Positions 13,801-25,300 of a stretch of DNA of 64,000 bases are shown here, one piece after another. Under the pieces are notes generated by a model. That model worked only from the letters and a program-made list of their open reading frames with translations, searched no databases and had not been told where the DNA came from. The first letter of the stretch is position 1; every line of letters begins with the position of its first letter. The translations under genes were made by a program, and so were the position numbers. The DNA is from Malacoraja senta (Eukaryota): contig CM075990.1 of NCBI GenBank assembly GCA_038087875.1, positions 18,416,001 to 18,480,000 on the forward strand, in the 5' to 3' direction.

Positions 13801-15540
13801 TCGTCTTCTTCTTCGTCGTCGTCTTCTTCGTCGTCGTCTTCTTCGTCGTCGTCTTCTTCGTCGTCGACTTCTTCGTCGTCGTCTTCTTCGTCGTCGTCTT
13901 CTTCGTCGTCGTCTTCTTCGTCGCCGTCGTCTTCGTCGTCGTCGTCTTCGTCGTCGTCTTCTTCGTCGTCGTCGTCTTCGTCGTCGTCGTCTTCGTCGTC
14001 GTCGTCTTCGTCGTCGTCTTCTTCGTCGTCGTCTTCGTCGTCGTCGTCTTCGTCGTCGTCTTCTTCGTCGTCGTCTTCTTCGTTGTCGTCGGCTTCGTCG
14101 TCGTCGTCTTCGTCGTCGTCTTCTTCGTCGTCGTCGTCTTCGTCGGCGGCGGCTTCGTCGTCATCTTCGTCGTCGTCTTCTTCGTCGTCGTCTTCTTCGT
14201 CGTCGTCTTCTTCGTCGTCGTCTTGTTCGTCGTCGTCTTCCTCGTCGTCGTCTTCTTCGTCGTCGTCTTCTTCGTCGTCGTCTTCTTCATCGTCGTCTTC
14301 TTCGTCGTCGCCTTCTTCGTCGTCGTCTTCTTCGTCGTCGTCTTCTTCGTCGTCGTCTTCTTCGTCGTCTTCTTCGTCGTCGTCTTCTTCGTCGTCGTCT
14401 TCTTCGTCGTCGTCTTCTTCGTCGTCGTCTTCTTCATCGTCGTCTTCTTCGTCGTCGTCTTCTTCGTCGTCGTCTTCTTCGTCGTCGACTTCTTCGTCGT
14501 CGTCTTCTTCGTCGTCGTCTTCTTCGTCGTCGTCTTCTTCGTCGTCGTCTTCTTCGTCGTCGTCTTCTTCGTCGTCATCGTCTTCGTCGTCGTCGTCTTC
14601 GTCGTCGTCTTCATCGTCGTCGTCTTCTTCGTCGTCGTCTTCTTCGTCGTCGTCTTCTTCGTCGTCGTCTTCTTCGTCGTCGTCTTCTTCGTCGTCGTCT
14701 TCTTCGTCGTCGTCTTCTTCGTCGTCGTCTTCTTCGTCGTCGTCTTCTTCGTCGTCGTCGTCTTCGTCGTCGTCTTCTTCGTCGTCGTCGTCTTCGTCGT
14801 CGTCTTCGTCGTCGTCCTCTTCGTCGTCGTCGCCTTCGTCGTCGTCGTCTTCGTCGTCGTCTACTTCGTCGTCGTCTTCTTCATCGTCGTCGTCTTCGTC
14901 GTCGTCATCTTAGTCGTCGTCTTCTTCGTCGTCGTCGTCTTCGTCGTCGTCGTCTTCGTCGTCGTCTTCTTCGTCGTCGTCGTCTTCGTCGTCGTCGTCT
15001 TCGTCGTCGTCTTCGTCGTCGTCTTCTTCGTCGTCGTCGTCTTCGTCGTCGTCGTCTTCGTCGTCGTCTTCGTCGTCGTCATCTTCGTCGTCGTCTTCTT
15101 CGTCGTCGTCTACTTCGTCGTCGTCTTCTTCGTCGTCGTCTTCATCGTCGTCGTCTTCTTCGTCGTCGTCTTCTTCGTCGTCGTCTTCTTCGTCGTCGTC
15201 TTCTTCGTCGTCGTCTTCTTCGTCGTCGTCTTCTTCTTCGTCGTCTTCTTCGTCGTCGTCTTCTTCGTCGTCGTCTTCTTCGTCGTCGTCTTCTTCGTCG
15301 TCGTCTTCTTCGTCGTCGTCTTCTTCGTCGTCGTCTTCTTCGTCGTCGTCTTCTTCGTCGTCGTCTTCTTCGTCGTCGTCTTCTTCGTCGTCGTCTTCTT
15401 CGTCGTCGTCTTCTTCGTCGTCGTCTTCTTCGTCGTCGTCTATTTCGTCGTCGACTTCTTCGTCGTCGTCTTCTTCGTCGTCGTCTTCTTCGTCGTCGTC
15501 TTCTTCGTCGTCGTCTTCTTCGTCGTCGTCGTCTTCGTCG
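9720..15540. repeat. Tandem duplication, 2988-bp period
   Basis: Marker pairs 9736/12724, 10090/13078, 11158/14146, 11925/14913 and 12466/15454 are all offset by 2988. Confidence 0.9.
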
Positions 15541-18480
15541 TCGTCTTCTTCGTCGTCGTCATCTTCGTCGTCGTCTTCGTCGTCGTCCTCTTCGTCATCG
15601 TCGCCTTCGTCGTCGTCGTCTTCGTCGTCGTCTACTTCGTCGTCGTCTTCTTCGTCGTCGTCGTCTTCGTCGTCGTCGTCTTAGTCGTCGTCTTCTTCGT
15701 CGTCGTCGTCTTCGTCGTCGTCGTCTTCGTCGTCGTCTTCTTCGTCGTCGTCGTCTTCGTCGTCGTCGTCTTCGTCGTCGTCTTCGTCGTCGTCTTCTTC
15801 GTCGTCGTCGTCTTCGTCGTCATCGTCTTCGTCGTCATCTTCGTCGTCGTCATCTTCGTCGTCGTCTTCTTCGTCGTCGTCTACTTCGTCGTCGTCTTCT
15901 TCGTCGTCGTCTTCTTCGTCGTCGTCTTCTTCGTCGTCGTCTTCTTCGTCGTCGTCTTCTTCGTCGTCGTCTTCTTCGTCGTCGTCTTCTTCGTCATCGT
16001 CTTCTTCTTCGTCGTCTTCTTCGTCGTCGTCTTCTTCGTCGTCGTCTTCTTCGTCGTCGTCTTCTTCGTCGTCGTCTTCTTCGTCGTCGTCTTCTTCGTC
16101 GTCGTCTTCTTCGTCGTCGTCTTCTTCGTCGTCGTCTTCTTCGTCGTCGTCTTCTTCGTCGTCGTCTTCTTCGTCGTCGTCTTCTTCGTCGTCGTCTTCT
16201 TCGTCGTCGTCTTCTTCGTCGTCGACTTCTTCGTCGTCGTCTTCTTCGTCGTCGTCTTCTTCGTCGTCGTCTTCTTCGTCTTCGTCTTCTTCGTCGTCGT
16301 CGTCTTCGTCGTCGTCTTCTTCGTCGTCGTCTTCTTCGTCGTCGTCTTCTTCGTCGTCGTCGTCTTCGTCGTCGTCGTCTTCGTCGTCGTCTTCATCGTC
16401 GTCGTCTTCTTCGTCGTCGTCTTCTTCGTCGTCGTCTTCTTCGTCGTCGTCGTCTTCGTCGTCGTCGTCTTCGTCGTCGTCTTCATCGTCGTCGTCTTCT
16501 TCGTCGTCGTCTTCTTCGTCGTCGTCTTCTTCATCGTCGTCTTCTTCGTCGTCGTCTTCTTTGTCGTCCTCTTCTTCGTCGTCGTCTTCTTCGTCGTCGT
16601 CTTCTTCGTCGTCGTCTTCTTCGTCGTCGACTTCTTCGTCGTCGTCTTCTTCGTCGTCGTCTTCTTCGTCGTCGTCTTCTTCGTCGTCGTCTTCTTCGTC
16701 GTCATCGTCTTCGTCGTCATCGTCTTCGTCGTCGTCTTCATCGTCGTCGTCTTCTTCGTCGTCGTCTTCTTCGTCGTCGTCTTCTTCGTCGTCGTCTTCT
16801 TCGTCGTCGTCTTCTTCGTCGTCGTCTCCTTCGTCGTCGTCTTCTTCGTCGTCGTCTCCTTCGTCGTCGTCTTCTTCGTCGTCGTCTCCTTCGTCGTCGT
16901 CTTCTTCGTCGTCGTCGTCTTCGTCGTCGTCTTCTTCGTCATCGTCTCCTTCGTCGTCGTCTTCTTCGTCGTCGTCTCCTTCGTCGTCGTCGTCTTCGTC
17001 GTCTTCGTCTTCGTCGTCGTCTTCTTCGTCGTCGTCGTCTTCGTCGTCGTCGTCTTCGTCAGCGTCTTCTTCGTCGTCGTCGTCTTCGTCGTCTTCGTCT
17101 TCGTCGTCGTCTTCTTCCTCGTCGTCGTCTTCGTCGGCGTCGTCTTCGTCGTCGTCTTCGTCGTCGTCTTCTTCGTCGTCGTCGTCTTCGTCGTCGTCGT
17201 CTTCGTCGTCGTCTTCTTCGTCGTCGTCGTCTTCGTCGTCGTCGTCTTCGTCGTCGTCTTCGTCATCGTCGTCTTCGTCGTCGTCTTCTTCGTCGTCGTC
17301 TTCTTCGTCGTCGTATTCTTCGTCGTCGTCTTCTTCGTCGTCGTCTTCTTCGTCGTCGTCTTCTTCGTCGTCGTCTTCTTCGTCGTCGTCTTCTTCGTCG
17401 TCGTCTTCTTCGTCGTCGTCTTCTTCGCCGTCGTCTTCTTCGCCGTCGTCTTCTTCGTCGTCGTCTTCTTCGTCGTCGTCTTCTTCGTCGTCGTCTTCTT
17501 CGTCGTCGTCTTCTTCGTCGTCGTCTTCTTCGTCGTCGTCTTCTTCGTCGTCGTCTTCTTCGTCGTCGTCTTCTTCGTCGTCGTCTTCTTCGTCGTCGTC
17601 TTCTTCGTCGTCGTCTTCTTCGTCGTCGTCTTCTTCGTCGTCGTCTTCTTCGTCGTCGTCTTCTTCGTCTTCTTCGTCGTCGTCTTCTTCGTCGTCGTCT
17701 TCATCGTCGTCGTCTTCTTCATCGTCGTCGTCTTCGTCGTCGTCGTCTTCGTCGTCGTCGTCTTCGTCGTCGTCTTCTTCGTCGTCGTCTTCGTCGTCGT
17801 CGTCTTCGTCGTCGTCTTCTTCGTCGTCGTCTTCTTCGTTGTCGTCGGCTTCGTCGTCGTCGTCTTCGTCGTCGTCTTCTTCGTCGTCGTCGTCTTCGTC
17901 GGCGGCGGCTTCGTCGTCGTCTTCGTCGTCGTCTTCTTCGTCGTCATCTTCTTCGTCGTCGTCTTCTTCGTCGTCGTCTTGTTCGTCATCGTCTTCCTCG
18001 TCGTCGTCTTCTTCATCGTCATCTTCTTCGTCGTCGTCTTCTTCGTCGTCGTCTTCTTCGTCGTCGTCTTCTTCGTCGTCGTCTTCTTCGTCGTCGTCTT
18101 CTTCGTCGTCGTCTTCTTCGTCGTCTTCTTCGTCGTCGTCTTCTTCGTCGTCGTCTTCTTCGTCGTCTTCTTCTTCGTCGTCGTCTTCTTCGTCGTCGTC
18201 TTCTTCGTCGTCGTCTTCTTCGTCGTCGACTTCTTCGTCGTCGTCTTCTTCGTCGTCGTCTTCTTCGTCGTCGTCTTCTTCGTCGTCGTCTTCTTCGTCG
18301 TCGTCGTCTTCGTCGTCGTCTTCTTCGTCGTCGTCGTCTTCGTCGTCATCGTCTTCGTCGTCGTCGTCTTCGTCGTCGTCGTCTTCGTCGTCGTCTTCTT
18401 CGTCGTCGTCGTCTTTGTCGTCGTCGTCTTCGTCGTCGTCTTCTTCGTCGTCGTCGTCTTCGTCGTCGTCGACTTCGTCG

Positions 18481-19320
18481 TCGTCTTCTTCGTCGTTGTC
18501 TTCTTCATCGTTGTCTTCTTCGTCGTCGACTTCTTCGTCGTCGTCTTCTTCGTCGTCGTCTTCTTCGTCGTCGTCTTCTTCGTCGTCGTCTTCTTCGTCG
18601 TCATCGTCTTCGTCGTCATCGTCTTCGTCGTCGTCTTCATCGTCGTCGTCTTCTTCGTCGTCGTCTTCTTCGTCGTCGTCTTCTTCGTCGTCGTCTTCTT
18701 CGTCGTCGTCTTCTTCGTCGTCGTCTTCTTCGTCGTCGTCTTCTTCGTCGTCGTCTTCTTCGTCGTCGTCTTCTTCGTCGTCATCTTCTTCGTCGTCGTC
18801 TTCTTCGTCGTCGTCTTCTTCGTCATCATCGTCTTCGTCGTCATCGTCTTCGTCGTCGTCTTCATCGTCGTCGTCTTCTTCGTCGTCGTCTTCTTCGTCG
18901 TCGTCTTCTTCGTCGTTGTCTTCTTCATCGTTGTCTTCTTCGTCGTCGACTTCTTCGTCGTCGTCTTCTTCGTCGTCGTCTTCTTCGTCGTCGTCTTCTT
19001 CGTCGTCGTCTTCTTCGTCGTCATCGTCTTCGTCGTCATCGTCTTCGTCGTCGTCTTCATCGTCGTCGTCTTCTTCGTCGTCGTCTTCTTCGTCGTCGTC
19101 TTCTTCGTCGTCGTCTTCTTCGTCGTCGTCTTCTTCGTCGTCGTCTTCTTCGTCGTCGTCTTCTTCGTCGTCGTCTTCTTCGTCGTCGTCTTCTTCGTCG
19201 TCATCTTCTTCGTCGTCGTCTTCTTCGTCGTCGTCTTCTTCGTCATCATCGTCTTCGTCGTCATCGTCTTCGTCGTCGTCTTCATCGTCGTCGTCTTCTT
19301 CGTCGTCGTCTTCTTCGTCG
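18481..19320. repeat. Apparently perfect tandem duplication, 420-bp unit (28 monomers)
   Basis: Sequence lines 18481-18900 read identically to 18901-19320, including the TTG/TCA/ACT variants. Confidence 0.9.
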
Positions 19321-22319
19321 TCGTCTTCTTCGTCGTCGTCTTCTTCGTCGTCGTCTTCTTCGTCGTCGTCTCCTTCGTCGTCGTCTTCTTCGTCGTCGTC
19401 TCCTTCGTCGTCGTCTTCTTCGTCGTCGTCTCCTTCGTCGTCGTCTTCTTCGTCGTCGTCGTCTTCGTCGTCGTCTTCTTCGTCGTCGTCTCCTTCGTCG
19501 TCGTCTTCTTCGTCGTCGTCTCCTTCGTCGTCGTCGTCTTCGTCGTCGTCGTCTTCGTCGTCGTCGTCTTCGTCGTCGTCTTCTTCGTCGTCGTCGTCTT
19601 CGTCGTCGTCTTCTTCGTCGTCGTCTTCTTCGTCGTCGTCTCCTTCGTCGTCGTCGTCTTCGTCGTCGTCGTCTTCGTCGTCGTCTTCTTCGTCGTCGTC
19701 GTCTTCGTCGTCGTCGTCTTCGTCAGCGTCTTCTTCGTCGTCGTCGTCTTCGTCGTCTTCGTCTTCGTCGTTGTCTTCTTCATCGTCGTCGTCTTCGTCG
19801 GCGTCGTCTTCGTCGTCGTCTTCGTCGTCGTCTTCTTCGTCGTCGTCGTCTTCGTCGTCGTCGTCTTCGTCGTCGTCTTCTTCGTCGTCGTCATCTTCGT
19901 CGTCGTCGTCTTCGTCGTCGTCGTCTTCGTCGTCGTCTTCGTCGTCGTCGTCTCTTCGTCGTCGTCTTCTTCGTCGTCGTCATCTTCGTCGTCGTATTCT
20001 TCGTCGTCGTCTTCTTCGTCGTCGTCTTCGTCGTCGTCTTCTTCGTCGTCGTCTTCTTCGTCGTCGTCTTCTTCGTCGTCGTCTTCTTCGTCGTCGTCTT
20101 CTTCGCCGTCGTCTTCTTCGCCGTCGTCTTCTTCGTCGTCGTCTTCTTCGTCGTCGTCTTCTTCGTCGTCGTCTTCTTCGTCGTCGTCTTCTTCGTCGTC
20201 GTCTTCTTCGTCGTCGTCTTCTTCGTCGTCGTCTTCTTCGTCGTCGTCTTCTTCGTCGTCGTCTCTTCGTCGTCGTCTTCTTCGTCGTCGTCTTCTTCGT
20301 CGTCGTCTTCTTCTTCGTCGTCGTCTTCTTCGTCGTCGTCTTCTTCGTCGTCGTCTTCTTCGTCGTCGTCTTCTTCGTCGTCGTCGTCTTCGTCGTCGTC
20401 TTCTTCGTCGTCGTCTTCTTCGTCGTCGTCTTCTTCGTCGTCGTCTTCTTCGTCGTCGTCTTGTTCGTCGTCGTCTTCCTCGTCGTCGTCTTCTTCATCG
20501 TCATCTTCTTCGTCGTCGTCTTCTTCATCGTCGTCTTCTTCGTCGTCGTCTTCTTCGTCGTCGTCTTCTTCGTCGTCGTCTTCTTCGTCGTCGTCTTCTT
20601 CGTCGTCATCTTCGTCGTCGTCTTCTTCGTCGTCGTCTTCTTCGTCGTCTTCTTCTTCGTCGTCATCTTCTTCGTCGTCGTCTTCTTCGTCGTCGTCTTC
20701 TTCGTCGTCGACTTCTTCGTCGTCGTCTTCTTCGTCGTCGTCTTCTTCGTCGTCGTCTTCTTCGTCGCCGTCGTCTTCGTCGTCGTCGTCTTCGTCGTCG
20801 TCTTCTTCGTCGTCGTCGTCTTCGTCGTCGTCGTCTTCGTCGTCGTCGTCGTCGTCTTCGTCGTCGTCTTCTTCGTCGTCGTCTTCGTCGTCGTCGTCTT
20901 CGTCGTCGTCTTCTTCGTCGTCGTCTTCTTCGTTGTCGTCGGCTTCGTCGTCGTCGTCTTCGTCGTCGTCTTCTTCGTCGTCGTCGTCTTCGTCGGCGGC
21001 GGCTTCGTCGTCATCTTCGTCATCGTCTTCTTCGTCGTCGTCTTCTTCGTCGTCGTCTTCTTCGTCGTCGTCTTGTTCGTCGTCGTCTTCCTCGTCGTCG
21101 TCTCTTCGTCGTCGTCGTCTTCTTCGTCGTCGTCTTCTTCGTCGTCGTCTTCTTCATCGTCGTCTTCTTCGTCGTCGTCTTCTTCGTCGTCGTCTTCTTC
21201 GTCGTCGTCTTCTTCGTCGTCGTCTTCTTCGTCGTCTTCTTCGTCGTCGTCTTCTTCGTCGTCGTCTTCTTCGTCGTCATCTTCTTCGTCGTCGTCTTCT
21301 TCATCGTCGTCTTCTTCGTCGTCGTCTTCTTCTTCGTCGTCTTATTCGTCGTCGTCTTCTTCATCGTCGTCTTCTTCGTCGTCTTCTTCGTCGTCGTCTT
21401 CTTCGTCGTCGTCTTCTTCGTCGTCTTCTTCTTCGTCGTCGTCTTCTTCGTCGTCGTCTTCTTCGTCGTCGTCTTCTTCGTCGTCGACTTCTTCGTCGTC
21501 GTCTTCTTCGTCGTCGTCTTCTTCGTCGTCGTCTTCTTCGTCGCCGTCGTCTTCGTCGTCGTCGTCTTCGTCGTCGTCTTCTTCGTCGTCGTCGTCTTCG
21601 TCGTCGTCGTCTTCGTCGTCGTCGTCTTCGTCGTCGTCTTCTTCGTCGTCGTCTTCGTCGTCGTCATCTTCGTCGTCGTCTTCTTCGTCGTCGTCTTCTT
21701 CGTTGTCGTCGGCTTCGTCGTCGTCGTCTTCGTCGTCGTCTTCTTCGTCGTCGTCGTCTTCGTCGGCGGCGGCTTCGTCGTCATCTTCGTCGTCGTCTTC
21801 TTCGTCGTCGTCTTCTTCGTCGTCGTCTTCTTCGTCGTCGTCTTCTTCGTCGTCGTCTTCTTCGTCGTCGTCGTCTTCATCGTCGTCTTCTTCGTCGTCG
21901 TCGTCTTCGTCGTCATCATCTTCGTCGTCGTCGTCTTCGTCGTCGTCGTCGTCTTCGTCGTCGTCTTCTTCGTCGTCGTCGTCTTTGTCGTCGTCGTCTT
22001 CGTCGTCGTCTTCTTCCTCGTTGTCGTCTTCGTCGTCGTCTTCATCGTCGTCCTCTTCGTCGTCGTCTTCGTCGTCGTCGTCTTCGTCGTCGTCGTCTTC
22101 GTCGTCGTCTTCTTCGTCGTCGTCGTCTTCGTCATCGTCGTCTTTGTCGTCGTCTTCTTCGTCGTCGTCGTCTTCGTCGTCGTCGTCGTCTTCGTCGTCG
22201 TCTTCTTCGTCGTCGTCGTCTTCGTCGTCGTTCTTCGTCGTCGTCTTCGTCGTCGTCTTCTTCGTCGTCGTCGTCTTCGTCGTCGTCGTCTTCGTCGTCG
22301 TCTTCGTCGTCGTCATCTT

Positions 22320-25300
22320 CGTCGTTGTCTTCTTCGTCGTCGTCTACTTCGTCGTCGTCTTCTTCGTCGTCGTCTTCTTCGTCGTCGTCTTCTTCGTCGT
22401 CGTCTTCTTCGTCGTCGTCTTCTTCGTCGTCGTCTTCTTCGTCGACGTCTTCTTCGTCGTCGTCTTCTTCGTCGTCGTCTTCTTCTTCGTCGTCTTCTTC
22501 GTCGTCGTCTTCTTCGTCGTCGTCTTATTCGTCGTCGTCTTCTTCGTCGTCGTCTTCTTCGTCGTCGTCTTCTTCGTCGTCGTCTTCTTCGTCGTCGTCT
22601 TCTTCGTCGTCGTCTTCTTCGTCGTCGTCTTCTTCGTCGTCGTCTTCTTCGTCGTCGTCTTCTTCGTCGTCGTCTTCTTCGTCGTCGTCTTCTTCGTCGT
22701 CGACTTCTTCGTCGTCGTCTTCTTCGTCGTCGTCTTCTTCGTCGTCGTCGTCTTCGTCGTCGTCGTCTTCGTCGTCCACTTCATCGTCGTCGTCTTCTTC
22801 GTCGTCGTCTTCTTCGTCGTCGTCTTCTTCGTCGTCGTCTTCTTCGTCTTCGTCGTCTTTGTCGTCGTCTTCTTCGTCGTCGTCGTCGTCGTCATCTTCT
22901 TCGTCGTCGTTGTCTTTGTCGTCGTCGTCTTCGTCGTCTTCTTCTTCGTCGTCGTCTTCTTCGTCGTCGTCTTCTTCGTCGTCGTCTTCTTCATCGTCGT
23001 CGTCTTCGTCGTCGTCTTCGTCGTCGTCTTCGTCGTCGTTGTCTTCGTCGTCGTCGTCTTCATCATCGTCTTCTTCGTCGTCGTCGTCTTCGTCGTCGTC
23101 GTCTTCGTCGTCGTCTTCTTCGTCGTCGTCGTCTTCGTCGTTGTCGTCTTCGTCGTCGTCTTCTTCGTCGTCGTCGTCTTCGTCGTCGTCTTCGTCGTCG
23201 TCTTCTTCGTCGTCGTCATCTTCGTCGTCGTCATCTTCGTCGTCGTCTTCGTCGTAGTCGTCTTCGTCGTCGCCTTCTTCGTCGTCGTCTTCTTCGTCGT
23301 CGTCTTCTTCGTCGTCGTCTTCTTCGTCGTCGTCTTCTTCGTCGTCGTCTTCTTCGTCATCGTCTTCTTCGTCGTCGTCTTCTTCGTCGTCGTCTTCTTC
23401 GTCGTCGTCTTCTTCGTCGTCGTCTTCTTCGTCGTCGTCTTCTTCGTCGTCGTCTTCTTCGTCGTCGTCTTCTTCGTCGTCGTCTTCTTCGTCGTCGTCT
23501 TCTTCGTCGTCGTCTTCATCGTCATTGTCTTCTTCGTCGTCTTCTTCGTCGTCGTCTTCTTCATCGTCGACTTCTTCGTCGTCGTCTTGTTCGTCGTCGT
23601 CTTGTTCGTCGTCGTCTTCTTCGTCGTCGTCTTCTTCGTCGTCGTCGTCTTCGTCGTCGTCGTCTTCGTCGTCGTCTTCATCGTCGTCGTCTTCTTCGTC
23701 GTCGTCTTCTTCGTCGTCGTCTTCGTCGTCGTCGTCTTCGTCGTCGTCGTCTTCGTCGTCGTCGTCGTTGTCTTCGTCGTCGTCGTCTTCGTCGTCGTCT
23801 TCGTCGTCGTCGTCTTCGTCGTCGTCGTCTTCGTCGTCGTCGTCTTCGTCGTCGTCGTCTTTATCGTCGTCGTCTTCGTCGTCATCTTCTTCGTCGTCGT
23901 CTTCTTCGTCGTCGTCGTCTTCGTCGTCGTCGTCTTCGTCGTCGTCTTCTTCGTCGTCGTCTTCTTCGTCGTCGTCTTCTTCGTCGTCGTCTTCTTCGTC
24001 GTCGTCTTCTTCGTCGTCGTCTTCTTCGTCGTCGTCTTCTTCGTCGTCGTCTTCGTCGTCGTCGTCTTCGTCGTCGTCTTCTTCGTCGTCGTCTTCTTCG
24101 TCGTCGTCTTCTTCGTCGTCGTCTTCTTCGTCGTCATCTTCGTCGTCGTCTTCTTCGTCGTCTTCTTCGTCGTCGTCTTCTTCGTCGTCGACTTCTTCGT
24201 CGTCGTCTTCTTCGTCGTCGTCTTCTTCGTCGTCGTCTTCTTCGTCGTCGTCTTCTTCGTCGTCGTCGTCTTCGTCGTCATCGTCTTCGTCGTCGTCTTC
24301 ATCGTCGTCGTCTTCTTCGTCGTCGTCTTCTTCGTCGTCGTCTTCATCGTCATCTTCGTCGTCGTCGTCTTCGTCGTCGTCGTCTTCGTCGTCGTCGTCT
24401 TCGTCGTCGTCGTCTTTGTCGTCATCGTCTTCGTCGTCGTCGTCTTCATCGTCGTCGTCTTCGTCGTCGTCTTCTTCGTCGTCGTCGTCTTCGTCGTCGT
24501 CGTCTTCGTCGTCGTCGTCTTCGTCGTCGTCTTCTTCGTCGTCGTCTTCTTCGTCGTCGTCTTCTTCGTCGTCGTCTTCTTCGTCGTCGTCTTCTTCGTC
24601 GTCGTCTTCTTCGTCGTCGTCTTCTTCGTCGTCGTCTTCTTCGTCGTCGTCGTCTTCGTCGTCGTCTTCTTCGTCGTCGTCGTCTTCGTCGTCGTCTTCG
24701 TCGTCGTCCTCTTCGTCGTCGTCCTCTTCGTCGTCGTCCTCTTCGTCGTCGTCGTCTTCGTCGTCGTCTTCGTCGTCGTCGTCTTCGTCGTCGTCTTCTT
24801 CGTCGTCGTCGTCTTCGTCGTCGTCGTCTTTGTCGTCGTCTTCTTCGTCGTCGTCGTCTTCGTCGTCGTCGTCTTCGTCGTCGTCTTCTTCGTCGTCGTC
24901 GTCTTCGTCGTCGTCTTCGTCGTCGTTTTCGTCGTCGTCTTCTTCGTCGTCGTCGTCTTCGTCGTCGTCGTCTTCGTCGTCGTCTTCGTCGTCGTCATCT
25001 TCGTCGTCGTCTTCTTCGTCGTCGTCTACTTCGTCGTCGTCTTCTTCGTCGTCGTCTTCTTCGTCGTCGTCTTCTTCGTCGTCGTCTTCTTCGTCGTCGT
25101 CTTCTTCGTCGACGTCTTCTTCGTCGTCGTCTTCGTCGTCGTCTTCTTCTTCGTCGTCTTCTTCGTCGTCGTCTTCTTCGTCGTCGTCTTATTCGTCGTC
25201 GTCTTCTTCGTCGTCGTCTTCTTCGTCGTCGTCTTCTTCGTCGTCGTCTTCTTCGTCGTCGTCTTCTTCGTCGTCGTCTTCTTCGTCGTCGTCTTCTTCG

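Larger units (their letters stand above)
5700..22200. repeat. Satellite sub-domain, variant family X (first block)
   Basis: TCTCCT series, TCAGCG (~6018, 8929, 10090, 13078, 17062, ~19726), GCGGCGGCT (~7519, 11158, 14146, 17902, ~20996, ~21766) and CCG pairs. No TGT-TGT doublet. Confidence 0.7.
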
